A stretch of DNA of 64,000 bases from the human T2T-CHM13v2.0 reference genome, Homo sapiens, in the NCBI RefSeq assembly GCF_009914755.1, contig NC_060934.1; one strand, given 5' to 3'. Position 1 is the stretch's first letter, and each line of letters opens with the position of its first letter. Position numbers and translations under genes: made by a program. Below are positions 28,951 through 44,176 of the stretch, piece after piece. Below the pieces are notes generated by a model. It saw only the letters and a list, made by a program, of their open reading frames with translations, was not told the DNA's origin and made no database searches.

Positions 28951-31759
28951 GATGTGAATTATAATGTTCATATTTTCTATTACACTGGATTAAATTATTT
29001 TTACATTTAAAACATGGGTAAAATTAAATGAAATTGAAGATTGCTCCCTCAAGAAAACCTTGAAAATTGAAAGCAAAATTGACTATCACTTCATATTTTT
29101 ATCTGATTTTTAAGAAAGTGTTAATAAATTCCTAAATGTTTAACAGTGGTGCCTTGGGTGTCAGTGACAAAAGCTCAAATAATTAAGACAGTGGATAAAT
29201 TAACTGTGAAAGAAGATCTCTTCCTTAAAAATAAGACAATGAACAAAATGTTTCTAGATTTTCTCATAACTCTGAGACACCAAAATGGTACTGAATCATG
29301 ACCACTCTCCTTATCCTTACTAACTGAAAGGAGAAAATGTTCAGTAACAGTGGAATTCAAAGAATTTACATCTCAAAATTAAGCAGCAAGAACTGCTGAA
29401 TGTCTGCTTCTTCCCACTGATCCAGCTTTAAAAAGGCCTTATTTAAATCCTCGGGAGAAAACACAGGGGAACCATTAAAACAAACAAAAATCAACAGCCG
29501 AGGGAATAATTGAATTGTTTCATTTCTTTGTTTATTGTTTATATATGTATATATATTTTTTCTCCCCCCCCAGTTTTTTTTCTTCTCTATCCTGGATAGC
29601 GATTTCTTTTCCCAACATCTCAAAACTTTGCCTCCCCTCTTTTTTTTTTCATCCTCTTTCATGATAGTTTTCATTTATGATTCATCTTTTGATTCCACAC
29701 TCTAAGATATAAGGGCAATTTGAGAACATCTTGAGCTGAGTACCAACTTTATTAAATAGATAAAAATATGAGCTCTGGAAAACAAATTATGGACCTGAAA
29801 ACTGTTGGTATTTTAAAAAGCAGTGGGCATATATAGAGGAAAGAGCACATTCTGTACTAGGGTTTCTCTCAAAGGCGATAGGGTTACATATTCAGTAATG
29901 GATAGAGCAAGAAGTGAAGACACCAGAAGGGGTTGACTGTATATTTCCATTAAAGTGAATTACATGAGCAAGTTAACAGAGACAGAAAGAATACAGGTTT
30001 AAACTTGATGACTTGGGTTAAAGGCAGGTCATCAAGTTTCAGGGCTACTGGAGAAGATCCACGAAATGTGGGCAGTACCGAAACCTGCTTTGAAAGACAG
30101 TCTAAGGAGGCTGAACTCTAGTGAAGAGCATAACATCTCGGAGAAAATAATTTTGGCGACAAAATGGAGAAAGGATGGTAGGAAGAGGTATAACTTACTC
30201 ATTGTAACATTCCAAGCCTGAGATTTCAAGTGCCTGAAATAATAAATTTGGGATGCTTATCTAAGCACTTAGTATTTCTGATATAAAATAATACTGCATT
30301 TCTAGTTGCAGTAGAGTTTACCATGTGGTTCTATATTATTTCATTTTTACAACCACCTTCTGAACTAAGGAAGGAATTGTTATTTTTGCTTTACAGAGGA
30401 GAAATGTGATGCTCAGAGGGTGTGGCTGACAAGCTCCAGGACACAGGTAATAAGTAAAATCTAGATCTCGGGTCTTTCAATTGAAACTAGAAACATAGGA
30501 AACAACAACAGAAGTCACAACAATTTAACAGTTATTTAGAGGTGTCAGTGATTTGGGATTTAAAAATATGGAATTTAACATTTCTGGTTTCAAAGTCAAT
30601 ACACAGCTTCCATATGACACTATAGAGTAAGTAAAAAATAAAAGATAATTTATCTGATGTATCGTTAATTGTGCTTTAATAATTCTCATGTTATTGGCTT
30701 GGGATTATAATTGGAAATTATATCTGAAAGTAATAAAATTATAGTTGATGATAGAATGAGACAGTCTTTACCCACCTTTCCAAAATTCAGATGGCTTTCC
30801 AAATTTTATTTTTAAAATGTCCACCAAATAATTTTTTAAAAGATTAATAGGTTCTCACAGAGCACAAATACATAAAATAATGGCTGCCTTTTGAAAGATT
30901 ACATTGTTTTCATATATCTCATTAGTATTTGAGGAGAAATTAGGACTTGTATTTTCTCACAAAATGTGAAGGGAAAGACTCTAATAGCATTTTAAACCAC
31001 CAAAAGGGCATGATTGATTATTATACTCATGTGGTTGAATTTCTCTAAATTTTGCTTTTTAATGAATCTTTAAATTATAGTGTTAATAGTTACACTTGTT
31101 AATTTCAATAGACTATTTTCTGTAATAGAAGAAGAATAAACATGTAGCATAACTAAAGAAAAAAAAAGAAAATCAAGTGAAATGGAAGAGTAAATGATAA
31201 ATTCTCCAGTCTCTGTTCATCTCATCCAGTCTTTGTTAATCTCATGGTTGAGACCAGAAAGTTGCATGTCAGTCATTTGGTGTGTACTACATATACTCTG
31301 ACTTAAAAGATATCTGGAATGATACAGCATCGGATTGTTCCTTCTAACACTTAAGTGTCCTTGATACATAGAAAAGAGAAGAAAGTGCCAATCAGGCAGA
31401 TTAAGACCTTTACTTACAAATGATTCATTTCCGTGCTTGCTTAATTTCTAAAAGTAGGTATCTGGGTGTTGTCCAACAAAATGAATGGAAAAATCCCAGC
31501 CTGCATGATATGTACATGTGAGACTGAAGTCACCTGATAACTGGGTCAAGAATTCATGTTACACACTGAAGGATGCACTTCAAACACAGGCTTATACTTT
31601 ACACAGCTTAAAAATAATAGTTAATAAGAAAACAACTTTTGAGAAGGGCTAATTTGCTTTGTAGTCAATTCCATCCAAATATGTACATAATAGTTTATAT
31701 ATGTGTTTATAAATGTTATAAAAGTTGAAGAGATATCCTAATTTCCCACTGGTTTGTTG

Positions 31760-32540
31760 ACCACATCTTTATTCCCAGAACCTATGAATATCTTACTTTA
31801 CATGGTAGAAGGGACTTTGTAGACATTAATTTAAGCACCTTGAGATGGATGATTCTGGATTATTTGGATAGGCATGATATAATCACAAGAGAGAGGGAGG
31901 AGAATCAGAGTCAGTAGAAGAAAGTGTAACAATGAGAGCAAAAGCCTGGAGCTATGCAAGGTTCAGGCCACGAGCCAATGGATGCAGGAAGCCTCCAGAA
32001 GCTGAGAAAAGTAAGGAAAATGTATTCCCCCAGAGAAGAAATGCAGCCCTGCCAATATCTTGCTTTTTCCCTGGAGACCCATTTTGGACTTCTGACCTCC
32101 CACCAGACTAGTAAGGTAATAAATTCATGTTGTTTTAAGACACAAAGTTTGTGTTTATTTATTTATTTTAGAGACAGGCTCTCGCTCTGTCCTGCACGTT
32201 GGAGTGCGGTAGCACACTCATAGCTCATTGCAATCTCGAACTCCTGGGCTCAAGCCATCTTCCTACGTTAGGCTTTCTAGTAGCTAGGACTACAGGCTCA
32301 TGCCACCATGCCCAGCTAGCTTTTTATTTGTGTTATTATTATTATTACTATTATTATTATTATTATTATTATTATTATCGTAGAGATAGGCTTTTGCTAT
32401 GTTACTCAGGCCGGACTCCAGTTCCCCAGCTTCAAGCAATCCTTCTGCCTCGGCCTCCCAAAGAACTGGGAATACAGGTGTGAGCCACCCTGCCAGACCT
32501 GTGGTAATATATTACAGCAGCAATAGGAAACATACTGAAA
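31760..32540 (+). mobile_element. MLT1 (C/D-like) LTR split by an antisense AluJ (~32155-32497) whose linker is a (TAT)n microsatellite
   Basis: agaacctatgaat...aagggacttt...ataaattcatgttgttttaag [Alu] gtggtaatatattacagcagcaataggaaac. Confidence 0.8.
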
Positions 32541-32730
32541 GTAAGATTTCCAAATAAATGTATAATAATCACATAACTTTGCTATAATTATCTTAACCAT
32601 TTCTGTATTGTTCAACTTTTAGCTTGTTTCCATTTTTTTCTATTATAAATAGTGCTGAAGTGAATATCCTTATGTATAAATCTTGGCATACACTTCTGAT
32701 TTATTTTCTTTAGATTAAAAAACTGGAAAT

Positions 32731-33040
32731 GGCTTGGAGCAGTGGCTCACACCTGTAATCCCAGGACTTTGGGAGGATGAGGCAGGCAGACTTGCTTGAG
32801 CCCAGGAGTTTGAGACCAGCCTAGGCAACACGGTGAAACCCCGTCTCTACCAAAATTACAAAAATTAGCTGTGTGTGGTGGCACACATCTGTGGTCCAGC
32901 TTCTCAGGAGGCTGAGGTGGGATGATCACTTGAGCCTGGGAAGCTAAGGCTGTGGTGAGTTGTAATCGGGCCACTGCACTCCAGCCTGGGCAACAGACTG
33001 AGACCCTGTCTCTAAATAGATAAAAAAATAAATAAAATTG
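32731..33040 (+). mobile_element. AluJ
   Basis: cttgagcccaggagtttgagacc diagnostic. Confidence 0.88.
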
Positions 33041-33257
33041 GAAGAAATAAGAACTTGGAAATGAAATGACTGCTGTAATATTTTAAAAAATATTTAAACA
33101 CAAAAATCAGTAAAGATACAACTAACACTTAGATTCATACGTGAAGATGAACTTTTATTAATATAAGAAGTAAAATATTAGTGATAGAGATGAAGTACCC
33201 TTTAATCCCCTTTTCCATCCTCCCTCCATACTCTCGTCTCTTCCAACACAAAGATTG

Positions 33258-33361
33258 AAAAATGTGGAATGATTCACAAATGTGTGAACCACCCTTGCAC
33301 ATGGACGATATTGATCTCTGTGCTGTTCCAGTTTTAGTATATATATTAATGAAGCAAGCAC
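33258..33361 (-). pseudogene. U6 snRNA pseudogene (full length, strongly diverged)
   Basis: The reverse complement gtgcttgcttc...atatactaaaactggaacagcacagaga...tgcaagg...ttgtgaatcattccacattttt is colinear with U6 (GTGCTCGCTTC...ATATACTAAAATTGGAACGATACAGAGA...CGTTCCATATTTT). Confidence 0.88.
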
Positions 33362-34102
33362 CAAGGTTTCATTTTATTCTTAAAAACACCCTTGAAGAAA
33401 CTAGCCAAGGTTATACATTATAGCTTCTTTATGACAATAATCTTTTAGACTCCAAAATATCTTCATAGACAAGAAAAGGCAAATGCAGGCATTAAAAGAA
33501 GGAAGAATGAGAAAGAGAAGGGCAGAATTGAATAATGAGCTAATTGGAGCTATTTTTTCTAGATAGGCATTTCATTTTCACTGTTGATTTTACCTTACAT
33601 TTAAAGTATGAAAAGTTAAAATTTTAAAAATCATCTAATTATGCATTTACAAACCGTTACTAATTTTGTCACCGTTCCCAAATTAGCCAGACTGGTCTCT
33701 GTTCTGAGCTGTGAAGAAAAGGCAATAAAAAGGATATTGTTCCCTTTACTGTAACTCCACTGTTTTATTCAAGTGTCATTGTGGCCACTTCACAATCTGA
33801 TTTGAGAAGAGGTTCTGTCAAGCTTGATCATAATTTGGATGAACTCTCTACTTATGCAGAACCCAGCTCTGTTATGAGGATCAGGATTCATTCCAGCTGT
33901 AGAATATCACAAAACTAGAGGGTGACCTATCGGAATCCCCAAATTAAAGAACATCTAAAATATAAGATATTCTCAAGGTCTGTAACTTTTTAATAAGTTT
34001 TACATTCCAAACTGTGTATATGACAGTATCAGTTTCTATTGAACAACTACTTTGATTCATTTGGAAGAACAAGTATCAGACCCTCGTCGATCTAAATATT
34101 CT

Positions 34103-34702
<600 letters not shown>

Positions 34703-35394
34703 TTACTGCTATTTAAATGATGCATTTGAATTAATTCCTATGAAGTATTTTACATAACCAAAAGCATACATCACAAAGCTAAAAATTAGTATTTGGGTAA
34801 CAGTGAACCCTTAAAACACAAAGTATTTATTTCTTACAGTCTGTACTATTTTCTCAGATAAAGCCATGAATAATGTGTTTTTTCATTGCTTTCAATAATT
34901 TAAAAAGTTGTTTAAAGCTAAAATAAATAATCAAATAATAGATGTCATTATATGTATGTATAAGCAATGAGAGATTTTATGTGTAATTAAAGGGCTAGTT
35001 TTCCAAGACACCAATTATATCCCTGTTTAAAATAGTTACAATATGAATAATGCACCGCCTTCTGTAGGTATGTTTTACTTATTCTGATAAATGAAGCAAG
35101 GAAGAAGAAAGTTTCCCTAAATACCTCTAAAAAATCCTATAGGAGAAACTATTGTTTTAGAATCAAAAGGATTTAAGCTTTGACTGGTAACATATAAACA
35201 TAATCAAGGAGGAGCCATTTAATAAGATGGGCTGGTCTTCAACTTACCTGTTACTGTCCTTCCTAAATTCTGAGTAACAACTCATTATATAAACGGATTT
35301 CATCTTAGAGGAATGTGCTTCATATTTAATTTTTAATGTATGCTTCTTACTTTCTAATCCAAATAAAACACACTTCAGAAATATAGACACTGAT

Positions 35395-35872
<478 letters not shown>

Positions 35873-36014
35873 ATATTGTGCATTATTATTTTATAGAGGT
35901 ACATTTTCTTTTAAGGTTATCCTCATTCATCATTAACATTCGGGAGAGAGTATAAAAAATTCATTCAGATACACGTGTATAATGGAAATTTATTGTGATG
36001 TCTTTAACCTAGGG

Positions 36015-36195
36015 TTGTTTTGGATGTGTTGTGTTAGGATGACTTGCATCATTTAATCACCTAAAACGCTTGTTAAAAAAGTACTTACCCACGTTCCGCC
36101 CAGAGTCAGACTCACTGAATCAGAATCAGAATCACCAGGCCGGGTGTGGTTCAGAAGTCTGCATCTGAAACAAGACTATCTGGTGATACTGGTAG
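36015..36195. mobile_element. MER5A-like hAT MITE remnant
   Basis: gcatcatttaatcacct...cttgttaaaa...actgaatcagaatc...tctgcat...aacaag...ggtgat. Confidence 0.6.
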
Positions 36196-36331
36196 AGGCA
36201 GTGGAAGGAGGGACCTCCAAGCAGCATTGCTTTAGGGGCTGATGTCAGATTTATCTAAGGTTTGCTCTATAAAGCTCCCTTATAGTACATTTCAGTGTAA
36301 TACCAGAGGATCTCTATTGTGTATTTTGTAA

Positions 36332-36709
<378 letters not shown>

Positions 36710-36906
36710 TAAATTAGTCCTATCCCCAATTTGATACTAAGCCATTCAAAGCTACTTAAATGCTGACTCCTGCAAGCAGTTGTGTAACAGCACTGATTAG
36801 CCATTATACATGATTGATATTTTGTGTGCTATTTAATGTTCTCTTTTAATAAGCATAAAAATCTAATTCCTTTCTCATACACCCCACTTCCAGGGTATGG
36901 CAGCTA

Positions 36907-37471
<565 letters not shown>

Positions 37472-37600
37472 GAATAACTATCTTTTTAATATTCCCATTA
37501 ATTGAGATTTTATTTTGGAGTTTGTGTTTTTAAAAATAGACTTCTTTTGTTTCCCAAAAGCAAAACTATAACATCATTTCTTTTTCTATCTACATATAAT

Positions 37601-38336
37601 TGAAACTACCTTTGCAAAATTATGACAGAGAAATCTGACATGGTTGACTCCATCTTGCTTCTGACCTCCAAGCTGTCCTTGGTCATTCCTGGGCATGGGC
37701 CAAGCTAACTTTGGGAGAAATCTAGTTTATAGTTTAACTTGAAAGCAAAGATGATAATGGTCCCTCCCTAAAACTAATCCCCTCCTTGTTCAGGGGCCCA
37801 AAACCACCTTTGGAAGACTAATAAAAGGCCACAAGAATAGGATTATGAGAGGTACCTGAATTATGATAAGATATACATAGTTTCTATAATCTTTTATTGC
37901 TCAGGGCTTCTGTGGCCAAAGGTCACAAGATATGTGAGTTTCCCAGTTGGTCATATAGAGAACATCACTATTGTAGAACCTAAGATTGGTTTTCAGAGAT
38001 ATCTTTCAGACTGACCCCACCAGGACTCCTGACTCATGACTGGACTGATCCTGTGGTCCCACCCAGAGGCAGACTCAGTGCACAAGGACTGTTTTCCACA
38101 CCCCTATGAATCCATCCCCAACCAATCAGCAGCACCTATTCCCTAGCTCCCTACCCACCAAATTATCCATAAAAACTCTAACCTCTAAGCCTTTGGGGAG
38201 ACTGATTTGAGTGGTAACTCCAGTTCTCCCTCAGGGGCCAGCCTCACATCAGTTAAACTCTTTCTCTACTGTAATGCTGTGGTCTCAGTGGATGCTTTTC
38301 ATTTGTGCAGTGGGCAGGAAGAACACTCAGATGATC
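37601..38336 (+). mobile_element. LTR8-family (ERV1) solo LTR
   Basis: Begins tgaaactacctttgcaaaattatgac...gactccatcttgcttctgacctccaagctgtcc, the LTR8/8A/8B 5' signature; about 735 bp. Confidence 0.82.
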
Positions 38337-38423
38337 AGAGTGCTTTTCCTAAAATATCCTCAGATTTGCAGGAAATAATGACAAGTTCATCCTGTTGAGA
38401 ATCACATTTATGTAAAAACCTCA

Positions 38424-38732
<309 letters not shown>

Positions 38733-39390
38733 TTCAGATACCAATGTGCATCAAATAAAAATGCAGATACCGAGTCAAGTGGCCATTATTAATCTTGGAT
38801 CTAATTTTAGAGTTTATAAAATTGGCTACACAAGTCTTGAGGTTAGTTAATGATGTGAGGACTCTTGGGTATCACTTGAAACCAAGAGAGGGATCATTAT
38901 GTGGTTGTAACTCTATGTCTATCCTCTGATCATATTATGTCTGTATCTCTCCCTGTCCTGTATCTGGAATCATTCTTTGGTGCTGTCTCCAGAACTACAC
39001 GTCAGTTATCTCTGATCCATCTTTTGCTAATATATATATCTATCCAGAGTATGCTCAGTTGTTATAGCTTCTCATAGATCTTCAGAGTCTTTGAAATGTT
39101 ACCTCTTGATTTTTATCTTTCAATGAACTTCCTCCCACTCAAGCATGGAGTTGTTTGCTCCTACTCCTCTTACACATCCTCTATCTTCATGTTCAGATAC
39201 TACCAAGGATAGTGTATGCACTCTGTACTGTAGTGCAAGCATTTCTTGTCTAGACTTTGATCTTGGTTGGCCTTCATCAAGTAAATTTAAAAGTGAATTC
39301 TCAGGTCCCTAAGCAATATATCTGTTTGCTTTCCCTTCCACACAAAATAGAAAGTTTGAATGGTCTAAGGGGATTAATACAAAACACTCT

Positions 39391-39751
39391 TGTAGTAGTC
39401 CATTTTCACACTGCTGTTAAAGAACAACCTGAGACTGGTTGATTTAGGAAAAAAAGGGGTTTAATTGATTCACAGTTCTGCATGGCTGGAAAGATTTTAG
39501 GAAACTTACAATCATGGCAGAAGACAAAGAGGAAGCATGTTTTACATGGCATCAGGAAAGAGAGAGTGAAGGGGGAAGTGCCACACTTTTAAACCATGAG
39601 ATCTCATGAGAACTCACTCACTATCACAAAAACAGCAAGGAGGAAATCTGATCCCATGAACCAATCACCTCCCACCAGGGCCCTCCTCTGACACGTGGGG
39701 GTTACAGTTAGAGATGAGATTTGAGTGGGGACACAGAGCCAAACCATATCA
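39391..39751 (-). mobile_element. MSTA/THE1-type solo LTR with intact 5-bp TSD
   Basis: TG...CA ends; ACTCT on both sides (39386-39390 and 39752-39756). Confidence 0.88.
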
Positions 39752-41477
39752 ACTCTCCAGTCCCTAAAATAAAGTAAGTAACTAACATGATCATCTTAAT
39801 CCAATACATTAAAAAGCTCTTCCCTCTCATTACCACAGGATTTAGAGGTTATGGAATATTTACAAGATGTACAATGAAAATATAGAGATAATGTTTTTTA
39901 TTTGGGGGATCTGTTTATTTTATTGAAGCCCCCAAATCGAGATAGAAATTCAAAATTTCAAAACCTAAGTCATACTGACTAATGAAAAGACAGGAAAAGC
40001 ATAAAGAATAATAAATAGAAAAATGAACTGAAACTAAAATGCTATTAGAAAAATTTTCGGTAAGAAAGTCACTGAACTATTTTCAAAGTGACATATCAGA
40101 AAAAGAAACTTGCAAATAGCTAAAGCTAGTGAGGCAGTCCCAAAAACCAATAAGGAGAAAAATCATCCTAAAAATGATGGATGATTTAGTCAGGGCAACT
40201 AAAATTAAACCAGAAAGAGAGAACACACACAGGTAGTGAAATATGTCAGACCACATTCTGTAGAACTAGAAAAAAATGGGAGTATTGAATTCTTTAATAA
40301 TAAATGGAATCCTCCAAGTATTAAAAGAAACTAATAGACTTTTCCAGTTATGTGCAAAAGACATTCATTAACAATAGCACATTAGCATTCATTAAAATTT
40401 TTCGGATGCTCTTAAGAGATTCTAAAGCTTTCATTTGCCTTTTAATACACAAATTACGCTGTGATTTGTCTGTCATTTTAAGTAGATCAGAGAATACCTG
40501 AGTTTCACTGTTCCTTCATCTTTTGCAGGATTTCAATAAATAGTGCATACATATTTCAGTGAATTAGTCATGATTAAATAATACTTATTTCTACTGGAAA
40601 AATGCATTGGTGGCCAAATTCCGTGACTTCTTAAGTACTTGGCCCTGACAAACTCAATACGAAGCTATAGGAAAGTTCAAAGTGTACAATAACATATTAC
40701 TTGAAAGTTACATATTACTTTTTTGCTCTCATGGCTTTTCATCATATTATTATTAGATCAATGTAATATTATCATATGTATTTCTCTGAAATATCTCCCA
40801 TCCTTTTTTTTGTAGTTAACTTGTAGGATATTATTAAGTATGTATGTTATATCGTTATACATATATAACCATGTATATAACTAATGGTTATATGTTTTAG
40901 TTTTGTCAATTTTTTTCTGCTATAAGTACAATTTCAGTACTATTATGAGCCAAAAACATATTTTAGACTGTCCTGGCAACTTACTTTGGTGTTGACATAC
41001 TTCATAACATTTATCACAACATATTTGCTAATGGGAATATAGGTTGCAGGTTAAAAATTAAAAATGACAGACATGGACCTTTGGAGCATAATGCCTTCTG
41101 AGCCAAGATTTTGTATATTTCTCTTTTGAAAGATGCTACTTAGTTCTATTTGGTTTCATAAACTGTGAAAAGAAGTCTTCTGCCTGACTTGCCTGTGCCA
41201 TCTGCATCAACTCAATCTGAAAGATATTTTCAACTTGTTCCATTAAAATGAGGGGTTGTTTATTAGCTTATTCTAAGCTGATCTCCCAAATATTTGTCTA
41301 CGAATTCTCTCCTAGTATAACACTGTTTATCTAATTATTTAATACATTAAATTATTTATTTATTTATCAGAACAAGGAGGAACATTATATTGTTTTTAAA
41401 TTTAGAAATATACGTTCAGATCTGCTAAGCATCACATGTGAAGTAAATATGATTTCCTATAAAATTCTGGGTTTACG

Positions 41478-41694
41478 AGCCTGGGCAACATAGTGAAACC
41501 CTGTCTCTACAACAAATACAAAAATTTGCTGGGTGTAGTGGTGTGTGCTGTGGTCCCAGCTACCTAGGGGCTGAGGTGGGAGGATTGCTTGAGCCCAGAA
41601 GGTCAAGGCAGCAGTGAACCAAGATCACGCCACTGCTTTCCAGGCTGGGCGACAGAGTGAGACCCTGCCTCAAAAAAAAAAAAAAAAAAAAAAA
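41478..41694 (+). mobile_element. 5'-truncated AluJ
   Basis: Starts at agcctgggcaac; long poly(A). Confidence 0.85.
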
Positions 41695-42719
41695 TAGGTT
41701 TTTCTTTTCATCCCGGCCATAAAAGAGGCACAGTGAAGAATCCCTGAGATGATTGGGTTGATATTAGCCTGTTGATGTGACTGTGCAGGAACTTGCTGAA
41801 GCCATCGAGTTTCAATTGGCTGCATACACAGCAGAAAGAGTTTTCACCACAGCCTTTTCTTGCCTTCTGAAGCTTTCACATCACATTACATGAGCAATCT
41901 TGACTCTTGTATATGTTGATTTTAATTATCCATGTCCCATGTGACATTTAGCCTTCATTCCTTAATAAAAGTGGATATGTTGTGATAATCCAGTAACATT
42001 TCTCACATTGAAATGGTTCATATCTGCAATCACATTGATATTAAATTTCCTTCCTTGCAGTAATATGTTTATAGCAAACTAATTCTGTGGTATTGTCTTA
42101 GTTGAGGATAAAAGAAAAATAGAATAGAAATGGAAGTGCAATATCTTAAGAAACAAAGTAGTAATATTTGAGGATGCAAAGGAGAGCTTTAGGGGAAAAA
42201 ACAGATTGCCAGGAAAATTCTGAAGAAAGTGACAGTAGAAGAGTAGGTTAGAGCAAGAATGAAACCAGAGTAACGAGACTAAAAAGCAAACAAACAGGAT
42301 TAATTAGTCTTTTAAAAAATTAAAATTGGTATATTGCAAAACCATTGCTATAAAGAATATATTATTAAGTAGTATTTAAGACTTTTGGTGTATATGTTTT
42401 ACAAATCTTAATATTGAGAATAGAGATTTTTACACCAAGTTTATTACATGAAATAAAAGAGCAAGTAAAAGTTAATTTTCAGCCAGCAGTCAGTATTGAA
42501 TGGTTCATATGCAGGTAAACAAAATCTCAAGTGTATCTGCATTCTAGTCATGTAGATATGGTATCTTGAAATATGAATGTGGCCTAAGGGATTTATACGG
42601 AATGCGTTTTATTCTTCACTTGCTAGCATAATTTTCTTTTCCAAGTTAGTTTTGGATTGAACATATGGACTAATTGTATGCCATTGTTTTGTTAAAATCA
42701 TATCAAGAAAGGAGGTTAG

Positions 42720-43460
42720 ACAAATGTCTTTCGATGGATGAATGGATAAACAAAATGTGTTATGTACATACAATGGAATATTATTCAGTCTTAAAAAGGA
42801 ATGAAATTTGATACATGGCACAACATGGGTGAATGTTGAGGACATTATACTAAGTGAAATAAGCCAGACCCCAAAGAACAAATATTATATGAGTCCATTT
42901 ATATGAGGTACCTAGACTAGTCAAATTCATAAAGAAGAAAAGTAATAGTGGTTATTAAGGGATGGGGGAATGTGGAATGGGGAATTATTGTGTAATGAAC
43001 ACAGAATTTCACTTTGGGATAATGAAAAAGTTTTGAAGTCAGAGGATGATGTTGGTTGCACAACGCTGAGAAAGTCCTTTTTTTCTGAGATGGAGTCTTG
43101 CTCTTTCACTCAGGCTGCAATGCAGTGGCATGATCTTGGCTCACTGCAACCTCCATCTCCCAGGCTCAAGCTATTCTCTTGCCTCAGCCTCCTGAGTAGC
43201 TGCGACTACAGGTGCACACCAGCACAACTGGCTAACTTTTCTATTTTTAGCAGGGACAGGGTCTTACCATGTTGGCCAGGCTGGTCTCGAACTCCTGACC
43301 TCAAGCGATCTGCCCATCTTGGCCTCCCAAATTGCTGGGATTACAGGTGTGAGCCACTGCACCTGGCCCAATGCGAAAGTTCTTATTGCCACTTAAATTC
43401 TACACTTAAAAATGGTTAGGATGCTAAATGTTATGTTATGCATATTTTATCACAATAAAA
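42720..43460 (+). mobile_element. L1MB-type 3'UTR split by an antisense Alu (~43078-43368)
   Basis: gatgaatggataaacaaaatgtg...tacacttaaaaatggtt...cacaataaaa. Confidence 0.85.
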
Positions 43461-43887
43461 GGATGTTAGAGAACTTGAAACATCTTTAGCCCATTTAAGA
43501 TCTTAGGATCACTTCGGAAACATGCTAAAATCCAACCAGAAAGAGTATGGAGAAGCACAAAATAATGGGCTGAGGTCAACATCCATTAGTGATAAAAGAG
43601 CTATTAAAATAAATCACTTTAATGATTCATTTTAGTGAACATCTATGTATAAAGAAATGTGTTTAAGGTGAATCTACCTCTTTTAAGAAATGTTCAAAAT
43701 ATGATAACATGCTCTACATCTGTTTACTTGTTGAGACTGGACTGATTAATAAAAGATTTTAATGTTTTACAAGAATACATCGATAAGAAGTCAAGTGAGA
43801 AAATAAATCAATATATTTATTTGAACTATTTTGAACTATTTGCTAAGATTTCTAATAACTCAGAAGTCAACTTTCATCTATGCAACT

Positions 43888-44176
43888 CTTTTCTTTTCTT
43901 TTTTTTTTTTTTTTTTGAGACAGGATCTCACTCTGCCACTCAGGCTGGAATGCAGTGGCACAATCATGGCTCACTGCAGCCTCAGCCTCCCATGCTCAAG
44001 CTGGACTTAAAGTATGTGCCACCACACAGAGAATTAGCCTGGCTAATTCTTTTACTTTTGTAGAGGCGGGGTCTTGCCATGTTGCTCAGGCTGGTCTAGA
44101 CCTCTTGGACTCAGTGATCCTCCCACCTGCCTCCCAAAGTGATGGGATCACAGGCATGAGTCACTGTGCCTGGCCT
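43888..44176 (-). mobile_element. AluJ with internal deletion
   Basis: Antisense Alu; flanking repeat atgcaactc / atgtaactc. Confidence 0.85.

Noticed and set aside
41700-41950. Exon-like unique stretch (frame reading ...QELAEAIEFQLAAYTAERV...)
   Set aside because: Short, no convincing splice-site pair, no protein I recognise.
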